A DNA stretch of 22,627 nt from Nitrospirota bacterium (GTDB lineage: Bacteria; Nitrospirota; UBA9217): the NCBI GenBank assembly GCA_963840455.1, contig CAWIYV010000006.1:1-22627 (forward strand). Direction: 5' to 3'. Shown here piece by piece: positions 6,310 to 15,339 of this stretch. The first letter of the stretch is position 1, and the number at the start of each line of letters is the position of its first letter. The translations under genes and the position numbers were made by a program. The notes under the pieces are model-generated. The model had not been told where the DNA came from. It did not search any database and worked only from the letters and a program-made list of their open reading frames with translations.

Positions 6310-8766
6310 CTACGGTCTTTCCGGCTCTTTCTTCGGCACGTCGTTGTTCTCTTCCTTCTTCTTCTCCTCCTTGTCCTTCTCGCCCTTTTCGTCGGCCTTG
6401 AGCTTCTTCGCCATCTCTTTCAGCCGCTTGTCCACGAGGAAGTTGAAGGTGCCTTCCGGGAAGGACCCGTCCGCCCGCCGTTCGCCCGCCGGCATGCCCG
6501 CGAGGATGGTGACAGCTTCGTCAACGGTGGTGATTGCATAGATCTGGAACTTGCCGTCCTTGACCGCCCGGACAACCTCCTTCTTGAGCATCAGGTTCTT
6601 CACATTGCTCTTCGGGATGACCACGCCCTGGCTCCCCGTGAGGCCCTTGGCCTTGCAGACCGCGAAGAATCCCTCGACCTTCTCGTTCACGCCGCCGATG
6701 GGCTGGACCTCGCCCTTCTGGTTGAAGGAGCCCGTGATGGCCAGGTCCTGCCGGACCGGCACTCCGGCAACGGCCGACAGGAGCGCCATCAGCTCGGCCG
6801 TGGACGCGCTGTCCCCCTCGATGTCGCTGTAGCTCTGCTCGAAGGCGAGGCTCGCCGAGAGCGACAGGGCCTTGTCCTGAGCGTACGTGCCGCCCAGGTA
6901 GTGCGAGAGGATGAGCACCCCCTTGTTGTAGATGCGGCCCGAGAGCTTGGCCTCACGCTCGATGTCCACCACGCCTGCCTTGCCGATATAGACACGGGAG
7001 GTGATCCGCGACGGCTTGCCGAAGGAGAAATCGCCGAGGTCGTAGACCGACAGGCCGTTCACCTGGCCCGTGACCGCGCCCGTGGTGTCCACCATGATGG
7101 TGCCGTCGGTCAGGAGCTCCTGGATCCGCTCCTCCAGCAAATTCGCCCGGTAGACCTTCTCGTCCAGCGCTTTGTCCACGTGCCCCGTTTCCACAGTGCG
7201 CTTTTCCTCGCGCCCGGCCCAGAAGGACGCCTCGCGCACCAGGTCGGAAAGATCGCTGAAGCGGAGCGACAGCTTGCCCTTCTTCTCGGCTAGCCGGGCC
7301 GCATAATCGATGACCTCCGCCACCGCCTCGCGGCTGAAGGGCAGCAGTTTCTCCTCCGCGGCCATGGCACCGATGAAGTTGGCGTACCGCGCCTTCTCCT
7401 CGCGGGACACGTCCATCTGGGTGTCGAAGTCCGACTTCACCTTGAAGATGCTCCGGAACTCCTCGTCGTAGTAATACAACAGGTAATAGAGCCAAGGGCT
7501 GCCGAGCATGATTATCTTCAGAGAGATCGGGATGGGCTCGGGCTTGATCCCCGCGGTGGCGATCCCGTAGAGCTCGCCAATGTCCTCGATCTTGACCTCG
7601 TTCTTCTTGATGATTCGCTTGAGCGCGTCCCAGGCAAAGGGGCTCCGAAGCACGTCCATGGCGTTCATGATGAGGTAGCCGCCGTTCGCCTGGAGCACGG
7701 ACCCGGACTTGATCATCATGAAGTTGGTGAAGGCCACCCCGAGCCGCATCTTGCGCTCAATGCGGCCGACGAGGTTGTTGTAGGTGGGATTTGCCTCCTC
7801 TACCACCGGGCCGCCCTTCGTCTTCGAATTGTCCACCAGGACGTTCACCCGGTACCGTTCCAGGAAGCTCGCCCGGTCCATGCCTTCGATGTGGAACGGG
7901 AGCTCCGGCGTCTGTCCGAGAAACTCCTTGAGGTTCCCCAGGATGTCCTCCTCAACCTCGACGAGGTAGTCGGGGATGCGGGGGTTCGCGCGGTACTTCT
8001 CCTTCAGGTCATCAAGCTGGTGACCCATGGCGAAGTGGGCGACCTTGCGGTTCAGTTCGTGGATTCTCTCGCGCGCCTCCTTGTCGAGCTGGCGTGCCTT
8101 GGACAGAAAATCGCGGATCTCGGTGTCCACCTTCTTTTCCCGGTCGTCCATCTCGAGCCGCTGCTCCGCGGAGAGATTCTCCACGTCCTCGGCCTGGAGC
8201 GGCTTGCCCTTGAAGAGCGGGACCTTCACGATCCCCGTGCGGGTCACCGAGAGCTGAAAGCCCATTTCCTTCGTCTTGCGGCCCGTGTCCTCGAAGAGGA
8301 CCTCCTTGGCGCGCTCAAGCTCCTCCTGGATGCCGGTCTTCTGCTCCTCGTACTCCTTGGACTCGAAGACCTTGGGGATCTCGCTCAACATGAGCTCGAT
8401 GAACTTCTCCATGTCCTGCTGGAGCTCGCGTCCGCTGCCCGGCGCAAGCTTGACCGCGAGGGGCCGGTCCGGGTCCTTGAAATTGTTGATGTAGCACCAA
8501 TCCTCGGGCACGGGACGGTCGAGCGAGATGCGCTTCACAATGGACTTGACGATCGTGTTCCTGCCGGTGCCCGGGACGCCGGACACGAATATGTTATAGC
8601 CGTGGTTCCGGATAGAGAGGCCGAACTCGATGGCAGAGACGGCCCGAGCCTGGCCGATCACCTCTTCGCGGGGCTTGAGCTCCTCCGTCGTGGCAAACGG
8701 GAACTCTGCCGGGTCGCAGGCATGCCGAAGCTCTGCAAGGGGAACGACGAAATCCTTGATATCCAC
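6310..8766 (-). CDS. Lon family (S16) protease, LonC-like
   Basis: VIGQARA, GVPGTGRN, a coiled-coil insertion, EANPTYNNLVGRIE, and Ser-Lys dyad motifs IEGDSAS and PIGGVNEK. GTG start with AAGGAGG RBS. Confidence 0.95.
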   Translation of the reverse strand: MDIKDFVVPLAELRHACDPAEFPFATTEELKPREEVIGQARAVSAIEFGLSIRNHGYNIFVSGVPGTGRNTIVKSIVKRISLDRPVPEDWCYINNFKDPDRPLAVKLAPGSGRELQQDMEKFIELMLSEIPKVFESKEYEEQKTGIQEELERAKEVLFEDTGRKTKEMGFQLSVTRTGIVKVPLFKGKPLQAEDVENLSAEQRLEMDDREKKVDTEIRDFLSKARQLDKEARERIHELNRKVAHFAMGHQLDDLKEKYRANPRIPDYLVEVEEDILGNLKEFLGQTPELPFHIEGMDRASFLERYRVNVLVDNSKTKGGPVVEEANPTYNNLVGRIERKMRLGVAFTNFMMIKSGSVLQANGGYLIMNAMDVLRSPFAWDALKRIIKKNEVKIEDIGELYGIATAGIKPEPIPISLKIIMLGSPWLYYLLYYYDEEFRSIFKVKSDFDTQMDVSREEKARYANFIGAMAAEEKLLPFSREAVAEVIDYAARLAEKKGKLSLRFSDLSDLVREASFWAGREEKRTVETGHVDKALDEKVYRANLLEERIQELLTDGTIMVDTTGAVTGQVNGLSVYDLGDFSFGKPSRITSRVYIGKAGVVDIEREAKLSGRIYNKGVLILSHYLGGTYAQDKALSLSASLAFEQSYSDIEGDSASTAELMALLSAVAGVPVRQDLAITGSFNQKGEVQPIGGVNEKVEGFFAVCKAKGLTGSQGVVIPKSNVKNLMLKKEVVRAVKDGKFQIYAITTVDEAVTILAGMPAGERRADGSFPEGTFNFLVDKRLKEMAKKLKADEKGEKDKEEKKKEENNDVPKKEPERP

Positions 8767-8799
8767 GCTGTGCCTCCTTGGTTACCGTTGCCTGATTAG

Positions 8800-8828
8800 A
8801 TTGTAGGGACAGATGAAGGTTCTGTCAA
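8800..8828 (-). promoter_or_regulatory. Sigma70 promoter of the Lon-like gene
   Basis: TTGACA-17 nt-TACAAT. Confidence 0.8.
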
Positions 8829-9515
8829 GGCAGGCGTCACACCGTTCATGACCGAAAAGGAGCAAATCCCTTTTGCTGGGACCGTCAGCCGCCCTTTTTA
8901 GGCAAGAGTGCATGGGAAAAGCGAACCATGTAAGACTCCTCCTCAGAGGCCCCTGCATCCCGTGAACAGGGTCGCGCACAAGCATGCCCGGAACAAAGCT
9001 GATAAACCACCGGTCATGCCTGCGCGTGCGCAGCGAAAGCGCACATGAATCGCCATCGTTGCAGGTTAAAGCAGAAGACGCCTGGCATGCCTGCGCGGAC
9101 CTATGAACCGGGGTGCAGAAAGAAATAAAATCTTTTTTTTGGGCAGCCCGGTGCAACGCTGTGCTAAGCATGCCGAACATTGAGTGGTGTTCCAGGTCAG
9201 TCCGGCGAATCCGGCAGCGCTTCCCCTGCGGACGCGCTGCTTTCCGGTCGGTGGTCGTTCCCTGCCTGGCGGGGCATGCATAACGCACAGTCGTCGCAGC
9301 CGGGCAGCCCTAGGTATTGGTAAAAGCTTCAGACCAATTCAAATATGAACCCACTCGATGGGGAGATGAACCATTTCGAAGATCATGCCTGCTCTTCATC
9401 ATAACAGAGGCAAGGGACGCTCTCCGCAGCATGTTACCGATGACAAACAGCCATTCCCGGAACCAATTGACGAAAAGTGACCGCTCTGCAACAGACCGCA
9501 ACCGCTAAAATTGTG

Positions 9516-9544
9516 TTGATTTCTTGGAGAGCGGACCCTATAAT
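9516..9544 (+). promoter_or_regulatory. Sigma70 promoter of the large regulator
   Basis: TTGATT-17 nt-TATAAT. Confidence 0.75.
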
Positions 9545-9594
9545 CGCCGCCATAGGTTTTTCCGGCGCGCTCACCCATCAGAGAGGAGCACGGC

Positions 9595-12500
9595 ATGAAC
9601 CGTTCGAAGTTCCTGGCCCCCCAACCGACCAATGTCCTGGCGCGGGAACGTCTCATCAACAGGCTCGGCGCGTGGGATGACAAGAAGCTGGTGATCATTC
9701 ATGCGCAGGCGGGCCAGGGTAAGAGCACGCTTGCCGCCGGGTTCGCAGCGTCGCTCCCCCTACCGACCGTCTGGTATACCATGGATGCCGGAGATGATGA
9801 TCCCGCGGTGTTCCTCTCCTGCCTCGCGCAGGCCCTTCAGTCCGCCCTGCCCGAGCACTTCCCGAAGTTCCTACCGCCTCCCCGCATCCGCTATGGCGCT
9901 CGCGGATCGGAACAGGCCGTCACCCGCTGGATCGGGCAGATGTTCGGAGGCATGAACAGCTCCTGCCTCATCGTGTTCGATGATTACCACTTGACTGCTG
10001 CTTCATCGGCGCTCCGTTCCATCCTCAAGACACTCTTCGAAGGAACGCCTGCAGCTGCTCGTTTCATGCTTCTTTCCCGTACCCGGCCGGAACTTGATAT
10101 CGCAAAGCTACGCTCGCGGCGAAGCGTTGCCGAGCTGCGGGGAAGCGATCTCAAGTTCAGCGATCAGGAAGCACAGGAACTCTTCGGCGGGGTCTTCGGG
10201 ATGCCCCTCGCGGAGGCCGAAGCAGCCGCGGTCAATCGCACCGCAGAAGGATGGCCGGCCGGGCTGGTTCTGCTGCACGGTTTCCTCATGAACGTTCCCC
10301 GTCAGGACCGCCTCGCGGCCCTTGCCGGACGCCAGCAGCTGGAATTTCGCACGCACATCTTCGACTACCTTGCCCAGGAGGTCTTCTCGCATCTCCCGCA
10401 GGACCTGCAGGACTTCCTGCTGCATACGGCGGTGGCCGATCACCTCACCAGGCCATTGATGTCGGCCCTGACCGGCCTCCCGGAGACCGCCCCCGACGGC
10501 AAGCCCTCGGTCTCCACGCTGGTCCGGGAACTTTCCGCCCGGAACCTTTTCGTCTCTTCCGTTGACGCCGATGGTTCGGTCATCCGCTTTCACGCCCTCT
10601 TCCGCGAGTTCCTGCTGAGGACGTTCCAGGCGAAGCGCTCCTCCCGGGAGGTCAACAAGCAATTTGCGGCCGCTGCACGCTGGTTCAAGACCGCGGGAGA
10701 CCCGGTGCGGGCGATCGATCTCTGGATCGGATCGGGCCAGGAGCAAAAGGCTCTCCGCGAGATCGAGTCCTGCGCACAGCACCTTATCGCAGTCGGACGG
10801 ACCCAGACGCTCCTCCGGTGGATGCATGCCCTCCCGAAGGCCGCTGCGCGCAGGCCCTGGTTCGAGTTCATCCAAGCCGTTGCCTGCCGTTATACCGAGC
10901 CGGCGGCGGCGCTGATGCTCTATGAGCGGGCATACCGGGGATTCCATCGGGGCCGGTGCGTTCCCGGGCAGATGCTCGCGCTCAGCGGCATCATCGAATC
11001 CTGTTTCCACATTGGGGGCGATTTCGCGCGGATGGGCCGCACGGCTGCACTGGCACAGGCGCTCCTCGCACGGAGCCGGAGGGAAAAGCGCGAAACAAGG
11101 GCCCGGCTGCTCCTCGCCATAGGCACGGCATGGTTCTTCATCGGCAGGCTCGAGCAGGGCGCCGGCGCGCTCCGGCAGGCTCTTGAGCTCTTCCGGAAGC
11201 AGGGGAACCACTTCTATCAGATCACCAGCGCCATCTACCTCATACCCTGCGCGCTCTACCAGGGCGATTTTCCGCTGGCACGGGAGGCCGTGAACAGGGG
11301 ATTCGAGGCGTCGGACGCAATCCCCGAAGAGACCGCCGGCCGGGCGGGGCTTTTCCTGACCAGGGCCATGGCGGCTTTGTTCGAGGGAAATTTTGCCGAA
11401 GCGCAGGACTGCATCGACCAGTGCAGGAGCCTTGCGGACACCCATGCGCTCGAATCGATCGGGTTCCTTTCCCTCGATATCGGGGGATGGCTCAAGATCG
11501 CGCAGGGCGATTACCGCGGCGCGGAACGCCTTCTTGCGGAGTGCAAACGCAGGGGACAAGAGGCCCGGAACGCCTTCTTCAGCGCCTCGGCGTCCCATCT
11601 GCTCGCGATCGCCTTCCTGTTCCAGGGAAGGCTTGACCGGGCAAAAAAGGAGTCGGACGCCGCTTTGGCGCTCCAGCAACGTTCGGGGAGCAGGCTGTTC
11701 CACGCGATCTACCTCATCGCGAGCGGAGCAATTTCACTGAAGCTGGGCAGGGTCCGCCGGGCGGAGAGGGAACTGCAGAGCGCCCTCAGGATCCTCAGCC
11801 AGGTCCAGGCCGCGCAGCAGGAAGCGAACGCCCATCTCCTGCTCGCGTCCCTGAACCTCGCACGCAACAACGAGTCAGCGGCCCGGAAGCACCTGGCAGC
11901 CGGATTCGGCATCGGCGAGGAACGGGGCTTCACCTATTACGCTCTGCTGACGCATGACGAGCTTTCATCCCTCGCAGCGGAGGCGGCCGGCCGTGACATC
12001 GAGCCAGACTACTGCCGCCGCCTCATCGCAGGGCCCTCGCTGCCGCAGGCGCGTCCGCTCATCAGGATATTCTGCCTCGGCGAGTTCCGGGTCCTGCGGA
12101 ACGGCCTCCCGATCAGCGACGGGGAGTGGAAAAGCAAGCTGGCAAAAACGCTGGTCAAGCTCATGGCCGTCCGCGGCGGTCAGAAGCTTACTCGCGATGA
12201 AGCAGCTGAAACGCTCTGGCCCGATGCCGATGCCTCCCGGAAGCCGCTGCTGATGAACAGCCTTCTTCACCGGACCAGGAGCGTCCTTGAGCCGGACGGA
12301 TCTCCGTCCCGGAGCGATTCCTGCATCATCCAGGACAGCGGCCTGCTCTCTCTGAACCCGTGTAGGGTCTGGACGGATGTCCAGGAATTTGCCGCGCTCC
12401 ATGCAACCGCCCGGCAGAAGCGGATTTCCCGTGAGCATGACCCCGGAAAGACCTTGGCGCTCTACGACCAGGCGTTCAGCCTGTACCAGGGAGATATCCT

Positions 12501-12825
12501 GCCCGGAGACCTGTACCATGACTGGGCGCAGGGGCACCGGGAGCATCTCAAGAAGATCCATGCCGAAATGCTCATGCATGCCGCTATCCTGACCGAGGCA
12601 CAGAATGACACGAACCGGTCGTTCACGTATTATGAGCGGATGTTCTCGCATGACCCCTGCAATGAGAAGGCGTGCCGCTGGCTCATGGCGTGGCATCTTG
12701 CTGCCGGGCAGCGGAGCGATGCGGTCAGGATCTATGAACGGTGTCAGCTGGCGCTCAGAAAAGAGCTGGACATCGAACCCGATGACCAGACGAGGAGGGT
12801 GTACCGGAGCATCATCGGAGGATGA
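9595..12825 (+). CDS. Large ATP-dependent transcriptional regulator: MalT-like STAND ATPase + TPR + C-terminal winged-HTH/BTAD (SARP-type)
   Basis: Walker A AQAGQGKST, Walker B LIVFDDYH, TAEGWPAGL, IFDYLAQEV, IRFHALFREFL, TPR-like helices, IRIFCLGEFRV, LYQGDILPG, DPCNEKACRWLM; GAGGAG RBS. Confidence 0.92.
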   Translation: MNRSKFLAPQPTNVLARERLINRLGAWDDKKLVIIHAQAGQGKSTLAAGFAASLPLPTVWYTMDAGDDDPAVFLSCLAQALQSALPEHFPKFLPPPRIRYGARGSEQAVTRWIGQMFGGMNSSCLIVFDDYHLTAASSALRSILKTLFEGTPAAARFMLLSRTRPELDIAKLRSRRSVAELRGSDLKFSDQEAQELFGGVFGMPLAEAEAAAVNRTAEGWPAGLVLLHGFLMNVPRQDRLAALAGRQQLEFRTHIFDYLAQEVFSHLPQDLQDFLLHTAVADHLTRPLMSALTGLPETAPDGKPSVSTLVRELSARNLFVSSVDADGSVIRFHALFREFLLRTFQAKRSSREVNKQFAAAARWFKTAGDPVRAIDLWIGSGQEQKALREIESCAQHLIAVGRTQTLLRWMHALPKAAARRPWFEFIQAVACRYTEPAAALMLYERAYRGFHRGRCVPGQMLALSGIIESCFHIGGDFARMGRTAALAQALLARSRREKRETRARLLLAIGTAWFFIGRLEQGAGALRQALELFRKQGNHFYQITSAIYLIPCALYQGDFPLAREAVNRGFEASDAIPEETAGRAGLFLTRAMAALFEGNFAEAQDCIDQCRSLADTHALESIGFLSLDIGGWLKIAQGDYRGAERLLAECKRRGQEARNAFFSASASHLLAIAFLFQGRLDRAKKESDAALALQQRSGSRLFHAIYLIASGAISLKLGRVRRAERELQSALRILSQVQAAQQEANAHLLLASLNLARNNESAARKHLAAGFGIGEERGFTYYALLTHDELSSLAAEAAGRDIEPDYCRRLIAGPSLPQARPLIRIFCLGEFRVLRNGLPISDGEWKSKLAKTLVKLMAVRGGQKLTRDEAAETLWPDADASRKPLLMNSLLHRTRSVLEPDGSPSRSDSCIIQDSGLLSLNPCRVWTDVQEFAALHATARQKRISREHDPGKTLALYDQAFSLYQGDILPGDLYHDWAQGHREHLKKIHAEMLMHAAILTEAQNDTNRSFTYYERMFSHDPCNEKACRWLMAWHLAAGQRSDAVRIYERCQLALRKELDIEPDDQTRRVYRSIIGG

Positions 12826-12834
12826 GGTGATGGC

Positions 12835-13063
12835 GACGCGGAGGCACGGGGAACGTATTAAAGAAAAAAAATAGTCAACGACTCTTGGACACGAATTGAA
12901 GCTCCCTGCAGAAAGCTGGAAAATGCGCTCGCTCCTGGATTCAACGGAATATCAGCCACAAACAACTGCGGCGTAATGCCGTAATTTGACCCTCTTACCT
13001 TCCTGCCTTCCTACCTCCATTCCCTCAATCATTTCCTCTTTTCCTCTGCGTCCTCTGCGGTGA
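12835..13063. repeat. Intergenic repeat cluster (inverted GACGCRGAGG units and 8-nt tandem units)
   Basis: GACGCGGAGG (12835-12844) is inverted to CCTCTGCGTCCTCTGCGGTGA (13043-13063); 8-mers CCCTCTTA CCTTCCTG CCTTCCTA CCTCCATT CCCTCAAT lie between them. Confidence 0.6.
12896..12943. mobile_element. Internally deleted copy of the twin-hairpin element at 1323-1439
   Basis: TTGAAGCTCCCTGCAG...AAGCTG...AATGCGCTCGCTCCTGGATTCA; both ends are identical to the full copy. Confidence 0.75.
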
Positions 13064-13070
13064 AGAGAAG

Positions 13071-13583
13071 CTAGCCCTTCCCCTCCTCGATCGCAAGCGC
13101 CACCGCGCCGGTGGACGGATCGGGAACGCTCCATCGCAATGCCCAACGTGCGACAGGTGTCTGGACCGGCTCGGCGGTGCCGGAGACGCGATAGCTGGCC
13201 CAGGCCGAGAGCTCGAACAGCCAGTTCAAGACCGCGCGATATCCGAACATATGTACCTTGCTGGCGGTCCCGGGATGGCCAGGAAGAAGAAGGTCATACA
13301 CGTCCCAGCTGGCGGATCCGCCGGCTGGGATCGATGATGCAGCCGGGCGAGTAAAGGCGTGGGTGACATCATGGACCGTCCCACCCTCCTGACCAAGAGA
13401 GGCATGAGGCACGAGGTCGATGACTTCTGCAGAGCAGACATTGTTTATCGTCAGGATCGCCCTGCTGAAGGGGATATCCCTGCCGTCGCTGGCCCGAATT
13501 TTTGAGGCAACGGACTGCAAGGAAATCACGAGACAGAGGCCCCTGCCTCCAGGTACCGTGCTTTCGTCAGGGGATTTCAGCAT
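13071..13583 (-). CDS. Hypothetical protein (170 aa)
   Basis: Strong RBS AAGGAGGT and its own promoter; fills the gap between genes; no motif recognised. Confidence 0.75.
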   Translation of the reverse strand: MLKSPDESTVPGGRGLCLVISLQSVASKIRASDGRDIPFSRAILTINNVCSAEVIDLVPHASLGQEGGTVHDVTHAFTRPAASSIPAGGSASWDVYDLLLPGHPGTASKVHMFGYRAVLNWLFELSAWASYRVSGTAEPVQTPVARWALRWSVPDPSTGAVALAIEEGKG

Positions 13584-13619
13584 GACGCTTACCTCCTTCT
13601 CGACATCGAAACTATCCTG

Positions 13620-13647
13620 ATTATAGCATGCCGTGCACCTGAGCCAA
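13620..13647 (-). promoter_or_regulatory. Extended -10 promoter of the 170-aa ORF
   Basis: TGCTATAAT (13628-13620), with TTGGCT 16 nt upstream of the hexamer. Confidence 0.6.
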
Positions 13648-13686
13648 CAGGGACCAGAGGTCCGCGGTCAAGCCTTCGCCTACGCC

Positions 13687-14976
13687 TCACTGGAGGCAGT
13701 GGAACAATCCGGTACACCAGAGGCAGGCGCCGCAGGGGACGCGCTCGATATAGCAATCCTGTTCAAAGTCCGCTTCCGCCACATAGTCGCAGAGAGCGAA
13801 ACCACAGTCAAAGCAGAAGGGGAACTTGTATCCGAGCACGCGCTCCCGGAACGAACGGGAGTCCGTGCTATTCCAAATAGCAAGGATGTCCCGGTCGCGC
13901 AGGCTGCCGAGGACCCACGGCTTGACTCGCTTCTCGATGCCGCCGACATAGCAAGCGTAGCGGTGCCAGAGGAAGTAGCAGGGATGGACGTCGCCGTCCC
14001 ACGAGACGAATGAACCACCCCCTTCCACGAACTCGCACTTCCTCGTGTTCCGCGGCGCCATGCCGGGCAGCGTCAGTTCGACCCCCTGTTCCCGGGCGGC
14101 CTTGCGTGCCTCGACGAACACCCTTTCCGCCGACGCCAGCCACTCATCATCCCGCCTGAGCAACCGTTCCATGTGCAGGGTGATGCCCTGTGCTTCCGCA
14201 TCTCTCCGCATCTTTTCGACGATACCGACGATCTGCTCTTCCTCCGGGGCCATACCTACCTTCGTGATGGTATCGAGATACCGGCGGATGTCCAGGCCTT
14301 CCTGCAGGGCCTTTGCTCTCCAGCGTTCGTAGATGGCAATGGCGGCCGTGGTATTGGTATCGTAAGCGGCCTGTGCTACAAGGTCTTTCTGGTAGGGAAG
14401 CAGCTGGGTGACAATGGCGAAGCTTGCACCCGCCCTGCCTGCCCAGCGGACCGCTTCGGGAAGGTCTGCGAAGTTGCTGCGCATCAGCACGAACTCGATC
14501 CCGATCTTCAGATCGCGCCCTCTGCGCTCTTCCTTGGCCTTGTTCAGGCTCGCGAAAGCTGCGGCGATGCCCTGCAGTTCTCCGCCACTCCGGATCGCGC
14601 GGAAACTTTCGTCCGATATTGTATCGAGAGAGAGGCAGATGCGATCGAGCCCTGCTTCAACGAGCGATCGCGCCCGCTGATCGGTCAGCAGCATGCCGTT
14701 CGACTGAAATCCCACGACTGCATGCTCCGGCAGGATGGACCGCGCCCGGCTGATGAACGCCTCCAGTTGCGGATGGAGCAAAGACTCTCCGATGCCGTTA
14801 AGAATGAGGGCATCAAGATGCGGAAAGGCCGGCGTCAGGGCTTCGAAGATCGCCGACGACATGCTGCCTTCAGGGATCCCGCCAATGCCGTTCTGTTTCA
14901 CACACATATCGCATTGGAGGTTGCACCTGGTCGTCAGCTCGACGAATAGCTTGGATGGATGTTCTTTTGGAGCCAT
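13687..14976 (-). CDS. Radical SAM/SPASM putative metalloenzyme maturase (AOR-associated type)
   Basis: CNLQCDMC radical SAM motif, LNGIGESLLHP, SPASM CEF...SWDGDVHPCY, and a Cys-rich tail CFDCGFALCDY...DCY...PCGACLWCTGLFHC. Confidence 0.9.
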   Translation of the reverse strand: MAPKEHPSKLFVELTTRCNLQCDMCVKQNGIGGIPEGSMSSAIFEALTPAFPHLDALILNGIGESLLHPQLEAFISRARSILPEHAVVGFQSNGMLLTDQRARSLVEAGLDRICLSLDTISDESFRAIRSGGELQGIAAAFASLNKAKEERRGRDLKIGIEFVLMRSNFADLPEAVRWAGRAGASFAIVTQLLPYQKDLVAQAAYDTNTTAAIAIYERWRAKALQEGLDIRRYLDTITKVGMAPEEEQIVGIVEKMRRDAEAQGITLHMERLLRRDDEWLASAERVFVEARKAAREQGVELTLPGMAPRNTRKCEFVEGGGSFVSWDGDVHPCYFLWHRYACYVGGIEKRVKPWVLGSLRDRDILAIWNSTDSRSFRERVLGYKFPFCFDCGFALCDYVAEADFEQDCYIERVPCGACLWCTGLFHCLQ

Positions 14977-14982
14977 GGAACC

Positions 14983-14988
14983 ATTCTA
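14983..14988 (-). promoter_or_regulatory. -10 box, leaderless candidate for the radical SAM gene
   Basis: TAGAAT then 6 nt to ATG; no well-spaced SD sequence. Confidence 0.5.
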
Positions 14989-15082
14989 TCCGTCCTGCCG
15001 CAAAGGGATATGATGCCGGTCATATGCCGGCTTCTGCAGGCGAGGTGGCAGTGGAAATGCATTTCGGCAAAACGGGGAAGTC

Positions 15083-15091
15083 TGGTATAAT
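15083..15091 (+). promoter_or_regulatory. Extended -10 box, leaderless candidate for moaD
   Basis: TGGTATAAT then 6 nt to ATG 15098. Confidence 0.65.
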
Positions 15092-15097
15092 TTCCCT

Positions 15098-15322
15098 ATG
15101 AAAGTGAAGCTCAAGCTTTTTGCCTCATTGCGGCAGTTCGGCCCTGATGAACAGGTAATCGATCTTCCCGAACACACGACGATCGACGATGTTGTGCGTT
15201 CCCTTCACTTTCCCGGAACGATCAGGCTCCTCAGGATCGTCAACGGAGAGCACCGACCTGCGGACCACCTTCTGAAGGACGGCGACGAGCTCGCCCTCTT
15301 CCCCCCCATCGCCGGCGGTTAG
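15098..15322 (+). CDS. moaD: MoaD/ThiS family sulfur carrier protein
   Basis: MKVKLKLFASLR...IVNGE...LKDGDELALFPPIAGG with C-terminal Gly-Gly. Confidence 0.92.
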   Translation: MKVKLKLFASLRQFGPDEQVIDLPEHTTIDDVVRSLHFPGTIRLLRIVNGEHRPADHLLKDGDELALFPPIAGG

Positions 15323-15339
15323 CTTCCCCGGCGTCAGCC

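Noticed and set aside
8975-9100. GGCATG motifs as sigma54 promoters
   Set aside because: The GG-to-GC spacing is one base short of the required GG-N10-GC.
8782-9508. ORFs 8782-9288, 9066-9281, 9310-9501 and 9317-9508
   Set aside because: No recognisable motifs or convincing RBS, atypical composition, and the first overlaps the Lon promoter.
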